From the human T2T-CHM13v2.0 reference genome, Homo sapiens, in the NCBI RefSeq assembly GCF_009914755.1, contig NC_060925.1: a stretch of 64,000 nt of DNA. One strand, written 5' to 3'. Every line of letters begins with the position of its first letter. Within the stretch, counting starts at the first letter, position 1. The notes beneath the pieces are model-generated. The model was given only the letters and a program-made list of their open reading frames with translations, searched no databases and was not told the origin of the DNA. Positions 48,087 through 64,000 of this stretch are shown in pieces. A program made the translations under genes and the position numbers.

Positions 48087-48398
48087 TAGCCAGGATGATC
48101 TTGATCTCCTGACCTCATGATCCACCCGCCTCAGCCTCCCAAAGTGCTGGGATTACAGGCGTGAGCCACTGCCCCGGCCAAGTGGAGATATTTAATAGGC
48201 AATTAGGTATATGGGCCACAGCTCAGGAATGTTGGGGAAAAACAGCCCATAGGTGATAGTTGAATCTGAGGTTGTGATCATAGGCTGGGCGCAGATGGAC
48301 ACCTGTCGTTGAAGCACTTTGGGAGGCTGAGGTGAGAGGATCACTTGAGCCCAGGAGTTCGAGATCAGTCTGGGCAACATAGGGAAACACCTTCTCTA

Positions 48399-49037
<639 letters not shown>

Positions 49038-49148
49038 TCACAGGCACACACCACCACACTCGGTTGATTTTTTTTTTTTTGTATTTTTAGTAGAGACGGG
49101 GTTTCGCCTTGTTTGCCAGGCTAGTCTCAAACTCCTGACCTCAGGTGA

Positions 49149-49608
<460 letters not shown>

Positions 49609-49918
49609 TAAAGCCAGGAGTTCAAGATCATAGAGCAGGCAAGGAGAGTACTGGGGAATTGTGTTTTTGTGGAACACAAACATTTTAGAAGCAGGTAAAA
49701 TAAGTATTTGTGAGAAATACTGGCAAAGAGGTAAAAGACCTCGGAGTAAGAAAAATGAAAGAAATTTCAAGAATGGGGAAAGGGGTGGTCAGAGAGAGGG
49801 CGGATAGCTTTAGATTCTAGAATGTATTTAAATGCTTATATCCTGGAATCAATAGGAGGGGAAGAGGAACTGAAGAAGCAAATGAGAAGGATAACTGGAG
49901 GGCAGAGAGGGGTAGTGA

Positions 49919-50201
<283 letters not shown>

Positions 50202-50550
50202 TGATCTGCCCGCCTTGGCCTCCCAAAGTGCTGGGTTTACAGGCGTGAGCCACCGACCCTGGCCGAAAGCTTTACATTTTCTCCTATTGAAAAGTTAAAA
50301 ATAAACTTGTAAGTTTTGGTGGTTTTATGCTGCATTCAGTCTTGGGGGAACAGAAACGGAGACTATTTCCAGAAGAAGGCACAGAGTTGGTAGTAGCTAC
50401 CAGAGAAGTATAGAGCAAAACTATATTGAAGAATAATGGATGAAAGGAAAGAAGCCAGTGTTCTTTCAATGAAGGAACCTTGATGCCAAGCTGTCTAAAG
50501 ACCCTTTTGTGGTTCTAGAAAATTACCATATTTAAAAGGACTAATTTTAA

Positions 50551-50781
<231 letters not shown>

Positions 50782-52486
50782 TAGAGCAGCATTTAACTAT
50801 AAATTTTAGTTACAAAGGTGCTGAAATGATTCATTGAAAAACTCAAATCCTTATCTCCTCCAAAGCAGTTAATTAAATAATACAAGGTATATGGTGTTAA
50901 GTGCCACTACAAGTATATGTAAGAAAATTATTTGAGGAAAGATTAGACTGTTTGGAATTGGGTTTTTGCATAGGTAAAAGGATTGTTTAGGGTGTTGTGG
51001 GCCTAGCTAAGGTTAACACTTTTTTTCTTTTGCCAGATTCTACTTCCAGAGAAGGTTAACACATTTTGTTTTTGTTTTTCTTAACTTAATACAAATTACA
51101 TTTTTTAATCTAAATTAATTTATGTAAATTAAAAAAAATTTTTTTAGACATATCACTAAAGAACCTATAAAGGATGAACTGACTTGAACTGTGAGTATTG
51201 TTTAAGTAGGGAAAACATTCCTTAGAATGTTTGTATATATGGCCAGGCACAGTGGCTCACACCTGTAATCCCAGAACTTTGGGAGGCCAAGGTGGGAGGA
51301 TCACCTGAGCCCAAGAGTTTGAGACCAACTGGATGACAAGACCTTGTCTCTATAAAAAATACAAAAATTAGCCAGGCATAGTGGTGCACGCCTGTAGTCT
51401 CAGCTACTTCAGAGGCTACAACAGGAGGATCGCTTGAGCCCAGGAATTCAAGGAAGCAATGAGCTATGATTGTGCCATTGCACTCCAGCCTGGGTAACGA
51501 AGCGAGACCCTGTCTCTTAAAACAAAAAAAAGGAATGTTTGTATATGAACTGTGAACCAGCTGAAAGTTCTAATGAAAGAAAAAAATCACTAAAAAGGGT
51601 AATTTATTTGTAGTATTCTATTTAGAAATAGCCTAAAGTAGATTAATATTAAATAAGGGTATGCTTACCATTGAGTTGTTAACACTGGGGAATGTTACTC
51701 ATCTAGGAACTATCTATTGCTTCTTCATGCCATGGACATTCAGGCATAGATCAAGTTTAGATATGGTGGCTATGAAATTGCCTCCTGCTCTGAAAAAATT
51801 GTCCTTTGTAAGAATCATTCTGCCCAATTAACAATTTCTTGGGTTAAGGTCTTTATGAAGACAATTAGCTGTTAATGATTAGAGCAAGCAGGGAAGGCTG
51901 GGTGTGGTGGCTCATTCCTGTAATCCCAGCATTTTGGGAGGGTGAGACAGGCAGATCACTTGAGGCCAGGAGTTCAAGACCATGGGCAACATCTCCACTA
52001 AAAATTAAAAAATTAGCCGGGCATGGAGGCATGTGCCTGTAGTCTCAGCTACTTGGGAGGCTGAGGCAGAAGAATCACTTGAACCCAGAAGTAGGTTATA
52101 GTGAGACGAGATCGCGTCACTGTACTCCAGCCTGGGTGACAGAGTGAGATCTTGTCTCAAAAAAAAAAGAAAAAAAAAAAAAAACAAGTAGGGAAAATAG
52201 TTGTAATTCAATATGTCTGCTCCCTATTGATAGTGAATGGAGGGATTTTGTTGACAAAGATTTTGATGTCACACCTGGATACCATAGAAAATAATGTATT
52301 GGGTGATTAGTGTTGTCAGCCAAAGAGCACCAAAAGGGTAGTGCATACCTGTGTATTTTGGTTCAATTCAGTTATACAATTCATTGACCAGACTTGACCA
52401 CAATTTATCATTTTCTGTTGAATGACTGGTTGTCTTAAATTCATTGTATTCACTATTTTTAATTATTATTTTTTTTTTCTTTTTAG

Positions 52487-52559
52487 GAGTATTGTCATAG
52501 GCAACAGTCCAGAACTCAGGAGAATGAACTGAAAATAAATGCTGTGTTTTCAGAGAGTG
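52487..52559 (+). CDS. ZMYM1: ZMYM1 coding exon 2, EYCHRQQSRTQENELKINAVFSES(A)
   Basis: Long polypyrimidine tract + tttttag acceptor; 73 nt (24 codons + 1); donor G|gtaata; phases match both neighbouring exons. Confidence 0.95.
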
Positions 52560-53947
52560 GTAATAGAATTATTTAAGTTAGTTATGTTTATTCAGACCAA
52601 TACGACAGCTGATTCATTCTTTTTTAATGCCTTTGAATATTGCTTTGTTTGTGTTGGGTTTTAAGTCCAGGAGAAGTAACCTGTAAGAAAATGAAAGAGA
52701 GGCCGTGCACAGTGGCTCACACCTGTAATCCCAGCACTTTGGGAGGCCGAGGCAGGCGGATCATGAGGTCAGGAATTCGAGACCAGTTTGGCCAACATAG
52801 TGAAACCCTGTCTCTACTACAAATACAAAATTAGCCAGGCGTGGTGGCGCATGCCTGTAATCCCAGCTACTCAGGAGGCTGAGGCAGGAGATTTGCTTGA
52901 ACCTGGGAGGCAGAGGTTGTGGTGAGCCAAGATTGCACCACTGCACTCCAGCCTGGGCAACAGAGCGAGACTCTGTCTAAAAAAAAAAAAAAAGAGAAGA
53001 AAATCAAAGAGGCTGGGCATGGTGCCTCATGCCTGTAATCCCAACATTTTGGGAGGCCAAGGTGGAAGGATCAGCTTGAGGGCAGGAGTTTGAGACCAGC
53101 CTGGGCAACATAGCGAGATCCTGTCTCTACAGAAAATTTAAAAACCAGGTGTGGTGGTGCATGCCTATAGTCCCAGCTACTTGGGAGGCTGAGGCGGGAG
53201 GTTTTTTTTTTTTTTCTGAGATGGAGTTTCCGCTCTTGTTGCCCAGGCTGGAGTGCAATGGCACGATCTTGGCTCACTGCAACCTCTGCCACCCAGGTTC
53301 AAGCAGTGCTCCTGCCTCAGCCTCCCAAGTAACTAGGATCACAGGCCCGTGCCACCACACCCAGATAATTTTGTTTGTTTTGAGACGGAGTCTCGCTCTC
53401 GCTCTGTTGCCAGGCTGGAGGGCAGTGCATGATCTCGCCTCACTGCAGCCTCCACCTCTCAGGTTCAAGCGATTCTCCTGCCTCAGCCTCCCGAGTAGCT
53501 GGGACTACAGGCATGTGTCACCATGCCCAGCTAATTTTTATAGTAGAGACGGGGTTTCACCATATTGCCCGGGATGGTCTCAATCTCTTAAACTCGTGAT
53601 CCACCCACCTTGCCTCCCAAAATGCTGGGATTACAGGCGTTAGCCACCACACCTGGCTAATTTTGTATTTTTAATTGAGATGGGGTTTCACCATGTTGGC
53701 CAAGCTGGTCTTGAACTCTGACCTCAGGTGATCCACCTGCCTTGGCCTCCCAAAGTGCTGGGATTACAGGCGTGAGCCACCGCACCAGGTGGTGAGAGGG
53801 TCACTTGAGTACAGGGTGTCAAGGCTGCAGTGAGCCATGATCGTATCACTACACTGCCTAGAGTGCAAAAGAGGGCAACAGAACAAGACCCTGTCTCTAA
53901 AAAAAGAAAGAAAGAAAATAAAGGAATGCCTACTTAATTTTGTGTAA

Positions 53948-54543
<596 letters not shown>

Positions 54544-55219
54544 TGACCTCAGGTGATCCGCTTGCCTTGGCCTCCCAAAGTGCTGGGATTACAGGTGTGA
54601 GTCACTGCGCCCGGCCATTTTCATTTCTTTTGAAGACGTGTCGTCTTGGTTTAGTAAAAAGAAGTTTTTTCTACTTTTAGTTCCTCTGATGGATTCTGTA
54701 GAAATATTTTTTTTTGCAGAAATTAATGTGAAAAGTACTGTTTCTCTTCACCTTTACTCTTTTCATTTGAAATTCTCTGTAAATGGGATTATTGTTTATC
54801 CATTCTGTTCTATTTAACTGTATAGGGAGCAACCTACTAAAAAATTAATCCTATGACAGTTAGTTTGGATTTTCCAAGATGTGGAATAATATTATATTTC
54901 TTTTATAATGGTAAATGAAGTGATTCTTTTGAAAAATTGATGGCCATAGATAAACCTACATGTCTCTATGTAATCTTTTAAAAATTTATGTGAGAATGTG
55001 TGAAGAATCAGTGTCATTTTGGCTTTGAGAGTCCTAAGGCTGTATAATTATGGTTGTTAGCACTTAGGATATGCTAATTTTTAAATGTTCTTGTTCAGAA
55101 CAAGAAAATCCATAGGCAACCACAGTGCTTCTAAATATAACAAATTTCTTTCAAATAATACTTGTTTTGGACTCAGGTTGCCATAATTTGAATTTTGCTT
55201 CTTCTGTTTAGTTATATTT

Positions 55220-55660
55220 TACTACTCAAAGTTTCATCCCTGAGTTGCTAGATCAGCATCACCCAAGAGTTTGTTAGAAATGCACTTTCTCAGGCTGGGA
55301 GCAGTGGCTCACGCCTGTTATCCTAGCACTTAGGGAGGCCGAGGTGGGCAGAATGCCTGAGCTCAGGAGTTTGAGACCAGCCTGGCAACACAGTGAAACC
55401 CTGTCTCTACTAAAATACAAAAAAATTAGCTGAGCACTGTGGCATGCACCTGTAATCCCAGCTACTTGGGAGGCTGAAGCAGGACAATTGCTTGAACCCG
55501 GGAGGCTAAAGTTGCAGTAAGCTGAGATCAGGCCACTGCACTGACTGTCTCAAAAAGAAAAAAAAAGAAATGCACTTTCTCAGGTCTTACCCAGACCTGC
55601 TGATTCAGAACTGCATTTATCGCCATGTGATTCCTATACATGCTAAAGTTGGAGCAGTAT
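55220..55660. mobile_element. MER5-like hAT MITE interrupted by an Alu
   Basis: gcatcacccaagagtttgttagaaatgca...cccagacctgctgattcagaac; Alu TSD agaaatgcactttctca. Confidence 0.65.
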
Positions 55661-56529
55661 TGAGAACTTCTTTGTTACTTAGTATTCGTATCTGTTTTTG
55701 ATAAATGTACAAAAGAATTATGAGCATTAAATAGTATATTTAAGTGGTCAGAACAATACCAGCATGTAGTAAGAACTCAATAAATGTTAACTATTATTAT
55801 TCTCTTAACAAACTCACAAACCCTTTTGATGGGTTTGCTTCAGCTCCTCTGGCTGCTGCTTCAGTTATTATCTGTTGCTTCAGGTCTTATTCCATGGCAC
55901 GTTACTTACCATTCTCTTTTGCTTTTCAACCCTTCAATACTATACTAGTCTTTTGTCTTTTTACTTTTTTGCTATGGGCCATATAGTACTCTCTTCAGCC
56001 TGCTTTCTCTCCCTGCAGAGTCATAAAACTGGAAGGGACCTTAGAGACTCACTACACATCTTCAGCAGATGTCCCAGACAGATTGAAAAAGGCTGAAGCA
56101 GGAAAGATTTAGTGTGTAAGTTCTCCTAGGCATGGAAATCCAATATGAGTAAAAATCTGAGATAAGTTTTACTTCCTCTAGAATAAAATTTTTTTATAAA
56201 AAATATTATATTGTAGTGGGTAGAAAGATGGTAGTAAATTTTAGGCTGGAAAAGGCCATCCATGATTCAGAGTAGGCTGCTTTTTTCAAAACTTAAAAAT
56301 TCCACATTAATTAGCCTTTTACATAAATTTTAGCTATTCTTCTGGGGTTTTTTTATCTTCCAGTGAAACTATCCTGAACTGAAAATAATTTTCAGTTACT
56401 TATTTATTTATTTTTGCAGAGACAGAGTCACTATGTTTCCCAGGCTGATCTTAAACTCCTGAGTTCAAGTGATCCTCCTGCCTTGGTCTCCCAAAGTGCC
56501 GGGATTACAGGTGTGAGCCACCGTGCTGA

Positions 56530-56865
<336 letters not shown>

Positions 56866-57099
56866 TAGTTACTTTTTAAGATTTCTTTTATAGGAATGAT
56901 TTAATATCTGTTTTGAGTCAATGCACTTTTTATTCTATTTCATGGACCAAATGGAAGATCCCTTTGAAGATGACATTTTAAATCTTATTAGAAAGATGCG
57001 ATTTGTGGGCCAAGCGAGGTGGTTCACACCTGTAATCCCAGCACTTTGGGAGGCCAAGGCAGGAGAATCACTGGAGGTCAGGAGTTCGAGACCAGTCTA

Positions 57100-57333
<234 letters not shown>

Positions 57334-57663
57334 TTAAGAAGTGTCATTTCTTCACTTTAGTATCTCAGTTGGAACCAACCGCAAATCCTGAATGCAATCA
57401 ATAAAGTCCAAAATAGGCCCCTGCACTAAGGTTTGATTTATTTATCGGAAAGTTGTTCCTAATTTGTTGGCGTTTCTTTTTTTTTTTTGAGACAAGGTCC
57501 CTGTCTGTCACCCAGGTTGGAGTGCAGTGGCACCATCTTGGCTCACTGCAGCCTCGACCACCTGGGCTTAAGCAATACTCCCACCTTTACCCTCCCAAGT
57601 AGCTGGGATTGCAGGCACATGCCACCCTGCCTGTCCAGTTTTTGTATTTTTTTGTAGAGATGA

Positions 57664-58110
<447 letters not shown>

Positions 58111-58532
58111 TAGAAGCCAGCAATCTAGTATGCTGATAGCAATAAAAACTAAGAAGCATTTTCAGACTTCCATGCGTCGCTGATGTAGTTTCTTCTTCCT
58201 CCCTTCCCATCTGGCTGGTATCTTTATTCTGTCTGAAAGGTATGCCTCAAATATCTTTACCTTTTGTCTATTCCCACACCATTCCTCACTCTCCTCTTAC
58301 AACCGCCCACCCCCCAAATTAATTCTTCTGTGGTCTGTGATTTTACAGTGTCGTGTTCATAACTCCCAAAACATTGATCACAAAATACTAATGTTTTTAA
58401 ATATTTTTAGTAGAGACGGGGTTGGCCAGGCTAGTCTCGAACTCCTGACCTCAAGTGATCTGCCCACCTTGGCCTCCCAAGATTAAAGGTGTGAGCCACC
58501 GCGCCTGCTATTAGGTGTATTGATATTTTCTA

Positions 58533-60505
58533 TAGTGGCTGTTCTCAAACTTTCTGGTCTCAGGACTTCTTGTACCCTTAAAAATTATTGAACACCCAAA
58601 GAGCTTTAGTTATGTAGATTATGAATATTAACTGTATCAAAAATTAAATGACATTTTAAATGAAAAATACCCATATTTTTAAAAATTGATAAGTATTGTT
58701 TTATCAGTTTTGCAAATCACTTTACATCTAGCTGGATTTTTGTATCTGTTTCTGCCTTCACTTTATTGCAAAGTGTTGTTTTGGTTGAAGTCTGAAGAAA
58801 ACCTGGCCTCATAAATAGGTGATTGGAAAAGGGGGGAGTGTTTTAGTAGCCTTTTAGATCGTTGTGGGTGTTCTTTGATACTACAACCAAAAATCAAGTG
58901 GTAGTTTCTTAAAGGCTAGTTGCAATGTGGGATCAAACTTTTTGTACCATGTGGATCAGTGAACTTTTTGCACTCTGTTATGTTAGAATTCGTTAATCTA
59001 TCTTGTACTTTGAATGGATCTTTTACCCGTGAATGATTTTTGTAATATGCTATTGTAGTTTGGAAAATACTGGTTCACTGAGTTCTGCAGATCTTCTAGA
59101 TGTTCTCATTTTATTATGCAGTATTTTAAAAATCACCACTAATCTCAGAAAAGTTTTTAAGTTTTGGGTATCGATCAAGTTGAAGTTGGAAGATACAAGT
59201 TTTCCAAAATTCTAATTATCACTTGAAAGACAAAATTTTATTGTTGGCGATAAATACTGTCGTTTTACTTGAAGTGACAGTCTCATTTTTTTCATTTTCA
59301 AGAAAATATCTGCAGATACCCACTTCTGGATAATAGTTTGTCTTTATTTACAGTAAACTGTTTACAGTACTTTCAAGTAAAAATGTTTTCCATGAAAAAA
59401 GTGGCTAATTCATTTATAACTCAACATTTCCATATGGGCTTTTCCTTGAGACAACCATCATCCTTTGGTGTACAGAAGTACTTTATGCTTATGTCCTGTG
59501 TTGTCACACGGAATTTTTTTTTCTCACCCTACCACTTGGCCAAGACAGAATATTTTTTAAATGTACTTAAGGATGAAGTTTAAATAATTTAAAATATTTT
59601 GCTGTTTCATTGAGTACTTCCTTAAGTGAAACTGATACTTTAAAAAGAATTTTTTTTGGCAGTGAATGTATAGCAGGGAATAACATGAATATTAGCACAT
59701 TTTGGTGCCACTGCCTTGATTTCTGCTAAGGCTCTGACGGTTTTACCCACCATTGCCTTTTTTCTTTTCCAAATTCATTGAAGTGAAATTTGTATACCAA
59801 GAAATTAACCATTTCATTGGCATTTAGTATATTCATAATGTTGTGTGACCATCCCCTCTATCTTGTTCCAAAACATTTCCATCACTTCAAAGTAAAACAC
59901 CTTAAACACTAAGCAGTTTCTCCTAATTTCCCTCTCCCCCCAGTGCCTGTCAACCACCAGTATGCATTATATCTATAGATTTTATCTATCCTGAATATCT
60001 CATGTAAATGGAATCATATATGACCTTTTTGTGACAGGGTATTATTACTCTGTTGCTCAGGCTAGAGTGCAGTGACTTTTTGTGTCTGGTTCTTTCCCTT
60101 AGCATAATATTTTCAAGGTTTGTCCATGTTGTAACATGTATCAGTACTTTATTCTTTTTGTTAATAGGCGAATAATATTCCACTGTATGTATGTAACACA
60201 ATGTGCTTATTCATTCATTCACTTACTGATGAACATTTGGGCTGTTTTCATCTTTTGACCATTGTGAATAGTGCTGTTATGAATATGCACGTACATGTGC
60301 TTGTTTGAGTACCTGTTTTCAGTTTTTTTGGGTGTTTACCAAGGAGTGGGATTGCAGGGTCCTACCATTAGCTTTGCAACATCAGTTGCAAAGTGATGTT
60401 GCAAACATCAACACGGTGAAAAAGCAAATAACATCTTACTATGAAAATAGTTTTGATCTTGGGGACTCCCCCAGGGATTTGAAGACCATATTTTAAGATT
60501 CTCTG
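58533..60505. mobile_element. Charlie1-like hAT DNA transposon with an L1MB 3' fragment inserted (about 59760-60360)
   Basis: Start gttctcaaactttctggtctcaggac...aaaattattgaa; cctaccatt/acccaccatt junction rejoining across the L1 piece. Confidence 0.65.
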
Positions 60506-60918
60506 TCCTATAGATTCTAGAGTTGCTCATGTGAATATGTGATCTCTCATCATCCCTCGGTTTTCACTAGCACCACCTAATAATACAGGCTGGCTAGTCT
60601 CCAAAACTACATCTTCAAAGTCAGGCATGGTGGGATTATGTGCCTGTAATCCTAGCTATGTGGGAGATTGAGGTGGGAGAATCTCTTGAGCCCAGGAATT
60701 TGAGGCCAGCTTGGGCAACACAGCAAGACCCTATCTCTTAAAAAACAAAACTGCACTATTAGATGTGCTTTATAATCTGTAATGTATAGATGAGAAAATT
60801 AAAATTTAGGGAGTATAAATGTGACAGAACTGGGTACCAAATTCAGGTTTTCTTATTTCAAGGCTAATGTTCTTACTCTAATTTGAGAGGTCATTTCATT
60901 TATAAAGAGAAGTTATAA

Positions 60919-61182
<264 letters not shown>

Positions 61183-61224
61183 TAAATATCAGAGTTTTTA
61201 CTGAATCTTTTTATTAAATCCTAG

Positions 61225-61440
<216 letters not shown>

Positions 61441-61737
61441 TGAATAAAGACCTATTGTTTCTTCTATTAACTGGCCTATGAATGGTTTCACTCTAGGAAA
61501 ATGTGGGAAGTAGTTTTTGGTACCCTTTGGAATAATGTCGATAAGTTGATGAAGATGAAATAGAAGGCTTTTAACGGTTTCTTCTTGCATAAGAATTCAT
61601 GATAAATGCTATATGGAGATTTTCCTAAATAATCTCAGATCGATTATCTCACCTTAAAGAAAAGGCAGGCAGGCTGGAGCCGGTTTATAAACTAGAAATA
61701 AGTATAGCAAAAATAACAATAGTCTGCTGGTCAATAA

Positions 61738-62010
<273 letters not shown>

Positions 62011-62102
62011 TAGCCAGGATGGTCTCAATCTCCTGACCTCGTGATCCACCTGCCTTGGCCTCCCAAAGTGCTGGGATTACAGGCATGAACCACCACACCT
62101 GA

Positions 62103-62351
<249 letters not shown>

Positions 62352-62981
62352 TAGCCTTGACCTCCTTAGCTCAAGTGATCCTCCCACCTCAGCGTCCCGA
62401 GTAGCTGGAACTACAGGCACACACCACCACACCTGGCTAATTTTTAATTTTTTTGTAGAGACAAGCTCTTACTATGTTGCCCAAGCTTGTCTTACAACTC
62501 CTGAACTCAGCTGATCCTCCTGCCTTGGTCTCCTAAGGTGCTGGGATTACAGATGTGAGCCTAGCCATGTTTTTGTTTTTAATTCCACGTGTTTAACTCT
62601 TACACCAAACAATGCAAAGATGAATCAAGAATGTCACATGTGGACAGTCATGGTGGCTTACACCTGTTATCTCAGCACTTTGGGAGACCAAGGCGGGAGG
62701 TTCAGTTGAGCCAGGAGTTCAGAACCAGCCTGAGCAACATAGCAAGAACCTGTCTTTAAAAAAACAAACAAAAAATATCACATGCTTTCTCTGAGTCAGT
62801 CATAGGAGGAAATAATCCAGTGAGATTAGTATTATTTGTCCCTATTTCTGATAGACAAGCTCTGGGTGGGTGCTTCTGAGAGCAGAGAAAGAGCAAATGA
62901 GATGAGGTGGGACTTCTTAGATATGTTGCTTGTTCATATCATATTTTGAGACCCAACTCTATCCCTATACAGACTTCCTTA

Positions 62982-63353
<372 letters not shown>

Positions 63354-63445
63354 TCACATCTTTTCTATGGCCCCCATCTTGAGAGTATCCTGCCTTGGGA
63401 CCAGAACGGAAAGCACAGAAGACTTCTCCCAAAGGCAGGAAATAA

Positions 63446-63724
<279 letters not shown>

Positions 63725-64000
63725 TAGCCAGGATGGTCTCAATCTCCTGACCTCGTGATCCGCCCGCCTCGGCCTCCCAAAGTGCTGGGATTACAGGTGT
63801 GAGCCACCGCGCCTGGCCGGCCTTGTTCTGTTTTTAAAAGCCTATATGCCGGGCACGGTGGGTCACGCCTGTAATCCCAGCACTTTGGGAGGCTGAGGCG
63901 GGTGGATCACGAGGTCAGGAGATCGAGACCATCCTGGCTAACATGGTGAAACCCCATCGTTACTAAAAATACAAAAAAAAAAAAAAATTAGCGGGGTGTG

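Overview
Primate (almost certainly human) Alu-dense genomic DNA. It contains the CpG-island promoter, the non-coding 5' exons and the first five coding exons of ZMYM1 (MYM-type zinc-finger protein; + strand, ATG at 50656, gene continues past the window end). The rest is mostly transposable elements: roughly 90 Alus by eye count, L1s, LTRs (MLT1, MER50, LTR10F-like, LTR8), an orphan ERV pol fragment, and Tigger2a, Charlie1 and MER5 DNA transposons. Nearly all entries in the ORF track are spurious Alu/L1 translations. I found no new protein-coding system. The most unusual signals are genomic fossils of RNA: (1) a 27-nt retroposed 3' fragment of mature tRNA-Phe with CCA, poly(A), a TSD and an A>T change at the m1A58 position; (2) an Alu with about 18-20 strand-specific A>G changes, resembling an ADAR-hyperedited transcript that retrotransposed; (3) a 3'-truncated U4 snRNA retrocopy; (4) a four-level nest RPL12 retrocopy > MER50 > LTR10F > L1PA, in which the L1 has an intact 5' end and TSDs but is internally deleted and carries an out-of-order 247-bp duplication. 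Gene and repeat-family names come from my recall of reference and consensus sequences, not from a search.
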